Source: Candidatus Micrarchaeota archaeon (GTDB lineage Archaea > Micrarchaeota > Micrarchaeia > Anstonellales > Anstonellaceae). Taken from it: a stretch of DNA of 64,000 bases. Positions within the stretch are counted from its first letter, which is position 1. The number at the start of each line of letters is the position of its first letter. Of the stretch, positions 37,852 through 47,377 are shown piece by piece. Where the stretch lies: contig JAOAKI010000014.1 of assembly GCA_026413765.1 (NCBI GenBank), positions 38,896 to 102,895 of the forward strand, written 5' to 3'. Position numbers and translations under genes: made by a program. Below the pieces are notes generated by a model. That model was given only the letters and a program-made list of their open reading frames with translations, searched no databases and had not been told where the DNA came from.

Positions 37852-39588
37852 ATGGAGCCCGCGCTTGCGGTAGGCATCAGTGTCAGCGTTATCATGCTTT
37901 TTGCTCTGCTTTTTGAGAAATTGCGCCTTCCTCTCATCCTAGGGATTCTTCTTGCGGGGATGCTGATAGGGCCGCACTCTCCTCTTGCCGAGCTAAAATG
38001 GGGCGATTTCAGCTTCAGCAACCTCATTATTTTTGACATCTCCACTGTTGGAGTCTTTGCTGTCATAGGCTCGGCCCTGATCCTTTTTGGTATAGGCCTG
38101 GAGTTTTCAGTAATACGCTTGGCGCAGGCAGGGCCATTCATTTTGCTTGCCACCGCCATAAAGGTAGGATTCACCTATCTTATTGCAAATTTTGTTTTGC
38201 TTTTGCTGGGCTTTCCCGCCCAGACAGCAAGCCTGGTTTCAGTTGCGCTTTCGTTTTCTTCCACGCCAATCATTATCAAATTGCTTGAGTCTTCAGGCAA
38301 AATAAGGAGGCCCGAAGTGCCCTTCATAATCTCCATCTTGGTCATCGAGGACCTCATTGCGGTCTTCTTGCTTGGTTTGCTTGCATGGCCTTCGCTTGAA
38401 GGCGAATACAACATATTTTTCTCTTTGGTCAAAGTTCTGGTCACATTCGTCTTTGCCTACGTCGTCCTTTCCAGATTCATCTCCAAATTCCTTTCTTTAA
38501 TCTCGCATTCAGACGAGCTTTTGATCTTGGGCACGGTAAGCTGGGTGCTAATGATAGGCTATATTTCAGATGTCATCGGGCTGTCGTTTTCAGTCGGTGC
38601 TTTCCTTGCAGGCAGCACAATTGCAGGCTCATTTGAATCTAGGAAAATAGAGGACAAAATAAGGCCGTTCAATTTCCTTTTTGCGTCGTTTTTCTTTTTC
38701 TCAATAGGGCTTATGATAGATCTGTATTCAGTGATTTCCAACCCCTTTTTGCTTTCGGTCTTTCTTTTCTTAGCAGTGGCTGTACGGTTTTTTGCAGCAG
38801 GCATCTCTTCCTATCTTGCAGGCTTTGCAGGAAGGAACTCAAGCTTTTGCTCCACCGCTTTGCTGCCCGTCTCTGAGCTTTCTTTGCTTCTTTTGAGTCA
38901 CGGGATTGCAAGCAACATCGTCCCACACTACATGCTTGGAAGTTTTGCCTTCGCAATATTGGTCTCCTCTTTCGTGTCGACCTGGACGATCGGCAGGGAA
39001 AACGAAATCTACAATTTGCTACTGAACATAAGCCCCCAGCTTCTCATCAAGAACATGCGCCTTGTCAGGATGACTATCTTGGGCATGCGCAAGGCAGTCG
39101 TCGAGTCATCGAAATATTATCGAGTTGTTGAAAAATTGCCTTCTATTACCCAAGGCACAACTGGCGTTTCTACACGGGAGCAGCTTGCAATAACCTCAAA
39201 AAACAGCGTCCTTTTTGCCCTCTGCTCTCTTCTGTTTTTTCTGGGCATCTTTTTGGTCCAAAGCCCCCAATTCAGCTTCCTTTCTTCATTTTTCATCTTT
39301 GTTTTTGTCTTGTTTTTCTTTTGTTCAGCCCTTTTCCTCGTCAACCTCAGCTCATCATTTTCTTCTCTTGCGAAAATGGTCTCCCGCTCGGCAAATGGAG
39401 CCAGATACTGCATCCTTGTGCACTCAGCGGCAGCAGCAACCTTTCTCTTCCTTTTTGCAGCCTATTGTATAGGCTATTTTTTTGTGCCCTCTTCGCTTGC
39501 GATTCTGCTTTCTATCCCTTCAATAGCGTTTGCGCTAAAAGAAGCCATCCTTGCATTCAAGCTGATTTCTTTTGGCGCAAGGCTCTAG
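37852..39588 (+). CDS. CPA2-family monovalent cation:proton antiporter (Kef/NhaP-like), membrane domain only
   Basis: ~12 TM helices with Na_H-exchanger-like organisation; a C-terminal extra membrane region, no TrkA domain. Confidence 0.6.
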   Translation: MEPALAVGISVSVIMLFALLFEKLRLPLILGILLAGMLIGPHSPLAELKWGDFSFSNLIIFDISTVGVFAVIGSALILFGIGLEFSVIRLAQAGPFILLATAIKVGFTYLIANFVLLLLGFPAQTASLVSVALSFSSTPIIIKLLESSGKIRRPEVPFIISILVIEDLIAVFLLGLLAWPSLEGEYNIFFSLVKVLVTFVFAYVVLSRFISKFLSLISHSDELLILGTVSWVLMIGYISDVIGLSFSVGAFLAGSTIAGSFESRKIEDKIRPFNFLFASFFFFSIGLMIDLYSVISNPFLLSVFLFLAVAVRFFAAGISSYLAGFAGRNSSFCSTALLPVSELSLLLLSHGIASNIVPHYMLGSFAFAILVSSFVSTWTIGRENEIYNLLLNISPQLLIKNMRLVRMTILGMRKAVVESSKYYRVVEKLPSITQGTTGVSTREQLAITSKNSVLFALCSLLFFLGIFLVQSPQFSFLSSFFIFVFVLFFFCSALFLVNLSSSFSSLAKMVSRSANGARYCILVHSAAAATFLFLFAAYCIGYFFVPSSLAILLSIPSIAFALKEAILAFKLISFGARL

Positions 39589-39995
39589 GTCTTTTTTTGC
39601 TGCGGGGAAGGAGGCGTAGGGCTAAGCTGGATTTTCGGTGGCATGATAGGAGGCGAAAGGTTCACTGCGCGCACAACCAGCGTCCCATTTGTCCCGCATG
39701 CATAATTGATCGCGTTCAATATCAGCTCCGCATAAGAATCAGGCAGTCTTCTTTCCTTTACCCATCGGTCATTAATCTCTTTTGCAAGCTTTGCATCCTC
39801 GCTTGCATAGACAACTCCATCCATCTTCAGTTCCCCAACACCATCCATGTAAGATGCAGCATATGTAAATCCAATCTCCACCATATTGTTTTTCACAGAT
39901 AGGGACTCTATTCCTATGTTGATGTTGAGACCAACTACCTCCTCTTCCTTGTTCCTCCTTGCCTCCACACGGTTTATCTTTATCGCTGTTATCAT
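39585..39995 (-). CDS. hypothetical protein with a Pro-rich C-terminus
   Basis: 136-aa ORF, no motif recognised. Confidence 0.3.
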   Translation of the reverse strand: MITAIKINRVEARRNKEEEVVGLNINIGIESLSVKNNMVEIGFTYAASYMDGVGELKMDGVVYASEDAKLAKEINDRWVKERRLPDSYAELILNAINYACGTNGTLVVRAVNLSPPIMPPKIQLSPTPPSPQQKKT

Positions 39996-40037
39996 GCTAT
40001 CAACCTCATTTTGAATTGCAATGCAAAATAATAAAAA

Positions 40038-40742
40038 TCAAAGCCGCAATTGCTGACCAACTTTCAAAATCACCCCCTTTGTCGTGCTTCCCAAATCGTC
40101 AGCAAACTCATTTGGCTCCTGCATTATCTTGTCGAATGTATTGTACCCCATGGGTATTGCAACTTTGGGTCTCATTTCCTTGACGCTGCTGCTTGCCGCA
40201 AAAGGGTCCATAACTGCCCCGCCGCCGATAGGCACAATCGCGACATCGCAGCGTATCCTTCCCATGTCAGTAAAGCTGTAAGTGTCGCCTGCATAGTAGA
40301 TGCTTAATCCATCTCCCTTCAACAAGTAGCCGACAGGATATTGCGATTGCGGATGTATCGCCTTTATCACCTCGACATCAATGCCTTTCAGTGTGAATTT
40401 GTCCTGCACATGAACCTCGATCTTGAACCTCTCTGACAAATCTATCCTTGAAAGGGCAGGCTTTGGGGCTATTACCGATGAAAAGCACCTTTCGGCTATC
40501 TCCTTTACTGTCTCTGGCTCGCAATTTGCGGGTTCTTCATTTGGCAAAAAGATCATGTCGCATTCCTTCACGTTCCTTGGAACCAGCGCGGACTTGACAA
40601 GCCTTCTGTATTGCCCTATCTGCTCGGCAACCGATGGACTAAATAGGCTGACAATGTTGCCTAGCCTTATTTCAAAGCAATTGTGCCCAAGGTAGGTTAT
40701 TGCCCTCACGATGGGTTTGACACGCCGCAAATTTAAATACAT
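40038..40742 (-). CDS. metallo-beta-lactamase-fold hydrolase, UPF0173-like (paralog 2)
   Basis: Alignable to 12567..13199 across the metal-binding core. Confidence 0.65.
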   Translation of the reverse strand: MYLNLRRVKPIVRAITYLGHNCFEIRLGNIVSLFSPSVAEQIGQYRRLVKSALVPRNVKECDMIFLPNEEPANCEPETVKEIAERCFSSVIAPKPALSRIDLSERFKIEVHVQDKFTLKGIDVEVIKAIHPQSQYPVGYLLKGDGLSIYYAGDTYSFTDMGRIRCDVAIVPIGGGAVMDPFAASSSVKEMRPKVAIPMGYNTFDKIMQEPNEFADDLGSTTKGVILKVGQQLRL

Positions 40743-40759
40743 AATGCCAATAGTCTTAT

Positions 40760-41611
40760 ATGCGATTCACTAAAGCCACAGCTGCCGTGGCATTTTTTTT
40801 ATTGCTTTTCGCAAGCGTTGCGTTTTCTTCGAACTTCAGCCTGCGCTCTCTGTCAGTCTTCATCCGAATAAACCAAGACGGCAGCGCAAACGTAGAGGAG
40901 CATTTTGCGATAATGATGAACTCTTCCCTCAAAGAATTCTATGAAGACACGCGCTCAATCTATTCCGACCTTGCCACCTGGAGAGCAAAGACGGGCATCG
41001 CAGAGTTGAGGCACCACATTAGCAGAGCATATGCAGATATACGAAATCTCCGTTTAGTGCCTCAGCCTGTCGAAAGATGCAATCTATATGTGAACTTGTG
41101 CCATGCCACGCTTCTTTTGGCTTACGATGTTCCTGCCTCAAAGCAAGGCTCGGGCTTAGTAAAGGTAGACTGGTATAAGCCGAGAACCGCCAAATATTCA
41201 ATAGAGGCGGATGCGCTTTCTTTTGAAAGGACCAAATCAGGGGACTTGCTTTTGCCGCCAAACACCAACATCACATTTGCGATACCGCCTCTTGCAGACA
41301 GAATCTATTTTTCAGCCATCCCTGAAAACATCGCAGACCAAGCCTCCAATTTCAGGTACGATTACACTTCAAACTTGCGCTATTACGTTGGGCAAAGCAG
41401 GATATTCAACTGGAGAGGAGAGATGCTTTCGAAATTCCAGTTCACTTTCGAAATAGAATTTCCTCTCGAAACCGAAGTGATAGAGTTTTTCAAGGAAGCG
41501 CAAACTTCGGTCTTGACATTGTTTTTTGGCCCGCAAGGCCTTGCTGCACTAATAATTCTATCTTCTGTAGCAGCCACAATTTATTTCCTGAATAAGATTG
41601 AAAGGCAGTGA
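40760..41611 (+). CDS. secreted protein with C-terminal TM anchor; multiple N-x-S/T sites
   Basis: Signal peptide AAVAFFLLLFASVAFS, C-terminal LAALIILSSVAATIYFL; its stop overlaps the pheS start (ATGA). Confidence 0.5.
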   Translation: MRFTKATAAVAFFLLLFASVAFSSNFSLRSLSVFIRINQDGSANVEEHFAIMMNSSLKEFYEDTRSIYSDLATWRAKTGIAELRHHISRAYADIRNLRLVPQPVERCNLYVNLCHATLLLAYDVPASKQGSGLVKVDWYKPRTAKYSIEADALSFERTKSGDLLLPPNTNITFAIPPLADRIYFSAIPENIADQASNFRYDYTSNLRYYVGQSRIFNWRGEMLSKFQFTFEIEFPLETEVIEFFKEAQTSVLTLFFGPQGLAALIILSSVAATIYFLNKIERQ

Positions 41612-43032
41612 TTATGATGCTTCACCAAATAGAATCAAAGATTCTTGCTTATCTTGACAAAAGGAAGAGCGTCTCCCAGCTTGCCGCCGAAACAGGCCTT
41701 CCGGAAGACTCTATTTTTTCATTTGGCCAATCTTTGAAGGAAAAAGGGCTTGTGTCAATTTCTGTTGAGCCAAAAGAGCAGCTCACCCTCACTACAGACG
41801 CAAAGCGCTTCCTTTCAGAAGGCTTTCCGGAAGAGAAAGTTTTTGCAAAGGCAAAGCAAAAAGCAAGCGTTTCAGATCTTTCAGAAGAGGAAAAAAGCAT
41901 CGGGCTGCCTTGGGCAATCAAGAATGGGTGGGTTGAGGTCCGCCAGCAGTTGCTTTTCCCAAAGGCAGAAAACATTGGGCAATACAGCCAAAGGGTGTTG
42001 CTGCAAGCAATCGCAGAGGGCAAGCCAGCAGATGCATCACAAAAGCAGCTGCTTTTGAAAAGAAAACTGCTTGAAGTTTCAGTTCTAAAAACGGTCTTCC
42101 TTGAGCCCACTGCTGCAAAGCCACCGCAAGATTCCTCGCTTGGGCAGATAAACGCCCTTTCGCGCGAGATGCTCATTTCTGGAAGCTGGCAGAAAGTTTC
42201 GCTTCGCCCCTATGATGTTGATGCCCCCGTCGAAATACCGCACCCGGCAAGCCGCCATATCATCTCGCAATTGCGCAAAAAGATAAGCATGATCTTTGCG
42301 CAAATGGGCTTTGAAGAAATGCAGGGACCTGAAATCCAGTCCAGCTTCTGGAATTTCGACGCGCTTTTCCAGCCACAAGACCATCCAGCAAGAGACCTTG
42401 CCGACACATTCTATCTGAAAGGCAGCCAGCCTCTCCCCTCAGACGAGCAGCTGATTCAGAGAGTAAAAAAAGTGCATGAAAGATATTGGGGAGGGGTATG
42501 GAAGAGGGAGCTTGCCTGCCGCCCTGTATTGCGGACACATACCACCGCAGTTTCTGCCTCTTACCTATACCACCACTGCCAAAATAGCCAGCCGAAAAAA
42601 TATTTCTGCATAGGGAAGGTCTTCAGGAATGAGGCAACCGACTACAAGCACTTGGCAGAGTTTTTCCAAGTCGAAGGGATCGTTGTTTGGGAAGGCGCAA
42701 ACTTCCGCCACCTTCTTGGCTGCCTCAAGGAGTTCTACCGCAGGCTAGGCTTTGAAAAGATACGCTTTCAGCCATCTTATTTCCCTTACACCGAGCCTTC
42801 GCTTGAGATTGCAGTCTATTTTGAAAAAAAGGAGCAATGGATAGAGCTTGGGGGCGCAGGGATCTTTCGGCCAGAAGTCTCAATCCCGCTTTGCAACAGG
42901 TATCCTGTCCTTGCATGGGGCCTTTCATTGGAGCGCCCGCTGATGCTACTTTACGACATTGACGACATACGCGATTTTTACAAAAGCAGCATCCGCTGGC
43001 TCCGGTCGCGCAGGATATACGCTCAAGATTAA
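41608..43032 (+). CDS. pheS: phenylalanine--tRNA ligase alpha subunit
   Basis: Class II aaRS motifs (..FRNEATDYKHLAEFFQVEG.., ..GAGIFRPEV..), archaeal-length 474 aa. Confidence 0.85.
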   Translation: MIMMLHQIESKILAYLDKRKSVSQLAAETGLPEDSIFSFGQSLKEKGLVSISVEPKEQLTLTTDAKRFLSEGFPEEKVFAKAKQKASVSDLSEEEKSIGLPWAIKNGWVEVRQQLLFPKAENIGQYSQRVLLQAIAEGKPADASQKQLLLKRKLLEVSVLKTVFLEPTAAKPPQDSSLGQINALSREMLISGSWQKVSLRPYDVDAPVEIPHPASRHIISQLRKKISMIFAQMGFEEMQGPEIQSSFWNFDALFQPQDHPARDLADTFYLKGSQPLPSDEQLIQRVKKVHERYWGGVWKRELACRPVLRTHTTAVSASYLYHHCQNSQPKKYFCIGKVFRNEATDYKHLAEFFQVEGIVVWEGANFRHLLGCLKEFYRRLGFEKIRFQPSYFPYTEPSLEIAVYFEKKEQWIELGGAGIFRPEVSIPLCNRYPVLAWGLSLERPLMLLYDIDDIRDFYKSSIRWLRSRRIYAQD

Positions 43033-43057
43033 ATATTTCTCTGCAGTTGCTCACACC

Positions 43058-43741
43058 ATGGAAAGCATTTTCAGCGGCGCTGCGCTGTTTTTCTATACCC
43101 TTTTTGTGCAAAACATATCGCTCACGCTGTCCTCACTTGACAAGCTGATAGAATATGAATACGATTTTGCCCAAGAAGGCTTGATCCCAAACCAGCCATA
43201 TTCTGGGCAAATAAGGGTCTATTGGGCAGTGCCAAACCAGTCGCTGCAAAAGCTCCAATCGCCCAATATCACCGTGAAAGTCATGCTGAATTCCTCTTCA
43301 AGCTGGGTGCAGTTTCTTGAGGATGGCCAAAACAGAAGCTATCGCGAGGTATTCCTTAGCTGCAGGCTGGCAAACGCAACCTGCCTCGAAGGCTCAGTCC
43401 TTGAAGCGACAGTGCCTGTGCTGATAGTCGCTCCTTCCCTCAATTCCTCAGATACATTGATGCTGAAGATAGAATCAGAAATCGTCAGCAACATCCAACC
43501 TGCACAAGCCAGTCCTGCCTCTGCGCAGCCAGCTTTCGAAATGCCAAAAATAACAATCAACCTCACCAATATAGAAAATCAGCCAAACAGCACGTCCAAC
43601 GACTTTTTTGGCAGCCTGCAGCCGCATGGCGATTACAAAAACCCAATTGACTATCTTAGGGAAAACCCAATAATCTCGATCACTGCGCTTCTGATTGTGA
43701 TTGTTGTGACAGGCGCTTATCTTCTTAATTCGAAGGATTAG
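43058..43741 (+). CDS. secreted/membrane-anchored protein
   Basis: N-terminal hydrophobic segment GAALFFYTLFV, C-terminal TM ISITALLIVIVVTGAYLL, N-glycosylation sequons. Confidence 0.45.
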   Translation: MESIFSGAALFFYTLFVQNISLTLSSLDKLIEYEYDFAQEGLIPNQPYSGQIRVYWAVPNQSLQKLQSPNITVKVMLNSSSSWVQFLEDGQNRSYREVFLSCRLANATCLEGSVLEATVPVLIVAPSLNSSDTLMLKIESEIVSNIQPAQASPASAQPAFEMPKITINLTNIENQPNSTSNDFFGSLQPHGDYKNPIDYLRENPIISITALLIVIVVTGAYLLNSKD

Positions 43742-43771
43742 GAATTGCTTTTAATCAGTTAGCACATTATT

Positions 43772-44653
43772 TTGTCCATGTTCGAATTGGTGATGCTTGG
43801 CACTTCTTCCGCAAACCCAACCGTGCACCGGAACCTCCCTGCTATTGCAGTAAGGAAAGAAGGGCAACTTCTGCTTCTTGATTGCGGGGAAGGGACCCAA
43901 AGGCAAATGATGCTCTACGGCGTCTCTTACATGAAAGTTTCAGCAATCTTTCTTTCCCATCTGCATCTTGACCACTGCTTGGGAGTTTTCGGTCTGATTG
44001 AGACGATGGCGCTGAATGGCAGGACAAACGAATTGAAAATTTTTGGGCCAAAAGGAACAAGCGCTTTGCTTGAGGCAAAATACGAACTGCACGACTTTGC
44101 CAAAGTCCAGGAGATAGCGCCAGGATTTGAGGCAGATTTTGGGCAGTTTTTTGTCCGCGCAATAAAGGTGCTTCATACAAAAAACTCGCTTGGATTCATA
44201 CTGCAAGAGAAAGACAAAATACGTTTTTATGAGGAGAAGGCGCACATGCTGGGTTTAAAGGGCCCAATGTTCTCCGAGATACTCCGCAAAGGTCAGCTGC
44301 CAATAGGCGGGCGCAAAGTCAGCCTCAAAGAGGTCACCTATGTCCAGAAAGGAAAGAAAATAGCCTATTCAGGTGACACGCTGCCTTCGCCTGAATTTGC
44401 CAAAGCCGCAAAGGAAGCGGATTTGCTAATCCATGAGGCAACCTTCTCATCAGAGTTTGATCAAGAGGCGAAAGATTCGCTCCATTCTACTGCAGCCGGC
44501 GCTGCCTGGGTGGCAAAAAAAGCAGGCGCAAAAAGGCTTATCCTTACGCACATTTCGAGCCGCTTCCGCGACCCAACTGTCCTGCTTGAGGAGGCAAGGG
44601 CAATCTTTCCCTCAGTGGAAGTTGCTTATGACGGCATGAAGCTGCAAGTATAA
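43772..44653 (+). CDS. rnz: ribonuclease Z (tRNA 3' endonuclease)
   Basis: HLHLDHCLG motif, ~293 aa MBL fold. Confidence 0.75.
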   Translation: MSMFELVMLGTSSANPTVHRNLPAIAVRKEGQLLLLDCGEGTQRQMMLYGVSYMKVSAIFLSHLHLDHCLGVFGLIETMALNGRTNELKIFGPKGTSALLEAKYELHDFAKVQEIAPGFEADFGQFFVRAIKVLHTKNSLGFILQEKDKIRFYEEKAHMLGLKGPMFSEILRKGQLPIGGRKVSLKEVTYVQKGKKIAYSGDTLPSPEFAKAAKEADLLIHEATFSSEFDQEAKDSLHSTAAGAAWVAKKAGAKRLILTHISSRFRDPTVLLEEARAIFPSVEVAYDGMKLQV

Positions 44654-44695
44654 TTCTTTTAATTTTATGAACTACCAAACACCTAAGGTGGTCTT

Positions 44696-45736
44696 ATGAT
44701 AAATATCCAGCTGCTTTCCAAGCTTTCGGAATCTTTCGGGGTTCCTGGGCACGAGAAAGAGATTGCAGCATTGATGGAATCGGAATTCAAAAAATTGGGC
44801 TATAGGGTGGAGATTGACAGGTTCGGGAATGTCATTGCTCACTCTCCTGCAGCAAAAAAGAAGCCGCTCATGCTTGGCGCGCACATGGACGAAATCGGCA
44901 TGCTCGTGAAATTTATCAACGAAAAAGGATTCATCCGATTCATCAAAATTGGCGGCATTGACAACCGAGTCCTAGTCAATCAGCGTGTAGTCATCCAGAC
45001 TGAAAAAGGCAACATCTACGGAGTCATTGGAAGCAAGCCGCCTCACATGCAGAAGCCAGAAGACATGAAAATGGCAATAGACAACAAGTCACTGTTCATT
45101 GACATTGGCGCAAAAAGCAGGAAAGAAGTCGAAAAAATGGGAGTCAGAATAGGCGACCCAATATGCTTTGACATAAGCACAAAAGTGCTGAACAACAAGC
45201 TCATCACAGGCAAAGCACTCGATGACAGGGTCGGCTGCTACATCCTGCTTGAGGTTGCAAAGAAAGTAAAAAACAGGAACGTCGTTTTGGTTGGCACTGC
45301 GCAAGAGGAAGTCTCGACTTTTGGCAAGGGGGCAATGATTGCTGCGTACAACCTAGAGCCATCCGCATTCATTGCAATCGACACCGCAATAGCAGGCGAC
45401 CACCCCGAAATGAGCGAAGACGAGGCGCTGATTCATCTTTATAAGGGGCCCGCAATCTGCCTTGTTGAGGCTGGCGGCCGCGGAAACGTGGCAGACTCGA
45501 TCATGAAGGAAAAATGCATCTCAGTCGCAAAGAAAAACAAAATCCCCTACCAGATTGAAGTGATTGAAGGGGGCGCAACTGACGCAGCCTCAGTCTACGG
45601 GGAAAAGGGCGGCATACCGTCAATTTCGATCAATGTTCCGACAAGATATATACACTCAAATGTCGCAGTCTGCGCTATTGACGACATTGAGAAGACTACA
45701 AATTATATTGTCAAGCTGGTGGAAGAGCTTGCATGA
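44696..45736 (+). CDS. M42 family peptidase (TET aminopeptidase/FrvX-like)
   Basis: GAHMDEIG motif, ~346 aa. Confidence 0.75.
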   Translation: MINIQLLSKLSESFGVPGHEKEIAALMESEFKKLGYRVEIDRFGNVIAHSPAAKKKPLMLGAHMDEIGMLVKFINEKGFIRFIKIGGIDNRVLVNQRVVIQTEKGNIYGVIGSKPPHMQKPEDMKMAIDNKSLFIDIGAKSRKEVEKMGVRIGDPICFDISTKVLNNKLITGKALDDRVGCYILLEVAKKVKNRNVVLVGTAQEEVSTFGKGAMIAAYNLEPSAFIAIDTAIAGDHPEMSEDEALIHLYKGPAICLVEAGGRGNVADSIMKEKCISVAKKNKIPYQIEVIEGGATDAASVYGEKGGIPSISINVPTRYIHSNVAVCAIDDIEKTTNYIVKLVEELA

Positions 45737-45767
45737 TGCAAGTTTCAAGAAAGGAGTCTTCACTTTT

Positions 45768-46292
45768 TTGCTAGCCTCCATCTTCCTTTTCGCCTTGCTT
45801 GCTGCATCCGCGCTTGCGCTTGAAGCAAAAAAGCCAGATAAGGCATTTCAGAAGTACCATCTTTTGCGGGTTCAGGAGCTTGCAGTCAGGACCGCAATCA
45901 TGGAATCGGTTTCAGCATCTGCGCAAAAGGCGCTTTATGCCGCAATCGCACTGGACCAAGAGCCGTATTTCTACATTAAAGGGGCAGTGCATGAAAAGCT
46001 TGTACAGCTGGAGGAAGAATTTCGAAAAGAAGGCTTTGACGTGGTCATCTGGTGCGGCTTCCCCTCCGCCAAGCAGCTTGCAGATGCATCAAAAGAAATG
46101 CAAAAGGCGGGAAAAGCGCTTAGCCCAGCAAGCACTGTTCAGGTTTCCGCAGGAAGCTGCCTTCACAGCATCCATGTGGGTCTTGCTGAAAGGAAGGTGC
46201 AGCTTTCATCGTTCGGGTTTTCGCTTTATTCAGAACCGCTTGGCGCAGGAGTTGCGTTCAAAATGCCTCCAAATGCTGAGGTTGATTTTTGA
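45768..46292 (+). CDS. secreted protein, first gene of the pilin-like operon (TTG start proposed)
   Basis: TTG at 45768 gives (M)LASIFLFALLAASALA|LEAKK, a canonical signal peptide; the stop overlaps the next ATG (TGATG). Confidence 0.4.
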   Translation: MLASIFLFALLAASALALEAKKPDKAFQKYHLLRVQELAVRTAIMESVSASAQKALYAAIALDQEPYFYIKGAVHEKLVQLEEEFRKEGFDVVIWCGFPSAKQLADASKEMQKAGKALSPASTVQVSAGSCLHSIHVGLAERKVQLSSFGFSLYSEPLGAGVAFKMPPNAEVDF

Positions 46293-46633
46293 TGTGCAAA
46301 AAATATTTTGGCCAAGCCTCATTTGAGGCGCTTCTTTCTTTTGCCTTGCTGCTTTCTTGCATCACACTGCTGTTTTTTCATGCAAACGGCATTTGCGGCA
46401 AATTCGTTTACCAAATAGAGGCAAGCGCAGAAAAGATCCGTCTCTCAAACGCAGCATTGCTTCTCGACAGCGCAGCTTCAAGCAAAGTCTTTGCCCAATT
46501 TCAGGAAAATCTGACAAACATATCCGTTCAAGGCGATTCGGTCTTCTCGCCGAAATACCCGCAAATCAGGCAAAAGCTTCTTCATAACGCATCAGTGGGT
46601 CAGGATGGGACAATCTATGTGCAAGCCCAATAG
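46292..46633 (+). CDS. type IV pilin-like protein with class III signal peptide
   Basis: N-terminus MCKKYFG|QASFEALLSFALLLSCITLLF (basic, G, Q, acidic at +5, then a hydrophobic helix). Confidence 0.55.
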   Translation: MCKKYFGQASFEALLSFALLLSCITLLFFHANGICGKFVYQIEASAEKIRLSNAALLLDSAASSKVFAQFQENLTNISVQGDSVFSPKYPQIRQKLLHNASVGQDGTIYVQAQ

Positions 46634-47003
46634 CTCGAAGGCCTTTTATTCGTTCGATGCAGCCTTTGCATTATTATTTGCCCTCATGATTTACCTTGCT
46701 TTCTCTTCGATAATTTTTTTGGTTTCGGAAGGATTCTCATCCTATGCGGATTCTTATTCAATGTCTGCTGCCTCTGCCCGCATATCTTTCCTCATTTTAG
46801 ACAAAATGAAAAAAGGGGAGTTTGATTTCGGCTGTGAAAAGATAAGGAAGCAGGTTGGGCTTTCTTATCTGAGGGCAGAGGCGCATGTGGGCGACCAAGA
46901 ATTCATTTCAGAGGCAGGAAGCAAAGGGAAACAGCTTTTCTGCACTTCCAGGCTTTTCATTTTTTCAGGCAAGGTCTCCAAGCTGGTGGTGTGCGTGTCA
47001 TGA
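46617..47003 (+). CDS. type IV pilin-like protein with class III signal peptide
   Basis: N-terminus ..NSSKAF|YSFDAAFALLFALMIYLAF. Confidence 0.5.
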   Translation: MCKPNSSKAFYSFDAAFALLFALMIYLAFSSIIFLVSEGFSSYADSYSMSAASARISFLILDKMKKGEFDFGCEKIRKQVGLSYLRAEAHVGDQEFISEAGSKGKQLFCTSRLFIFSGKVSKLVVCVS

Positions 47004-47338
47004 AAGCATTTGCGATGTCTTTCGAAGCAGGCCTGTCGTTCTTGCTTTTGCTGTCTGCCCTGGCAATTGTGCAATTTTTTGCGCCAGCAAAGTTCAGCCA
47101 GTCAGATTTCTTTCTTTGCTTGGATGTCGCGCAGATTTTGGTCGAATCCTCCGCATTCTCAGAAGAGCGCATGCTTGAGTCAATGCTACAAGAGGCGTCC
47201 TTTCTCTCGGGTCTTTGCATTCAGGCAAGCCACTTTTCCACTTGCTCTTATGAAAGGCAGGAAAAGCTTTCCATACATTTTCCAGTGTGGGCAAACGGCT
47301 CGATAGCAAGCCAGAGCGTTTCGTGCTGGAGGCACTAG
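47000..47338 (+). CDS. type IV pilin-like protein with class III signal peptide
   Basis: N-terminus MKAF|AMSFEAGLSFLLLLSALAIV; ATGA overlap with the upstream gene. Confidence 0.5.
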   Translation: MKAFAMSFEAGLSFLLLLSALAIVQFFAPAKFSQSDFFLCLDVAQILVESSAFSEERMLESMLQEASFLSGLCIQASHFSTCSYERQEKLSIHFPVWANGSIASQSVSCWRH

Positions 47339-47377
47339 CCTTTTATTGGTTGCAGAATAGATTTTCGTGGTGGTTGC

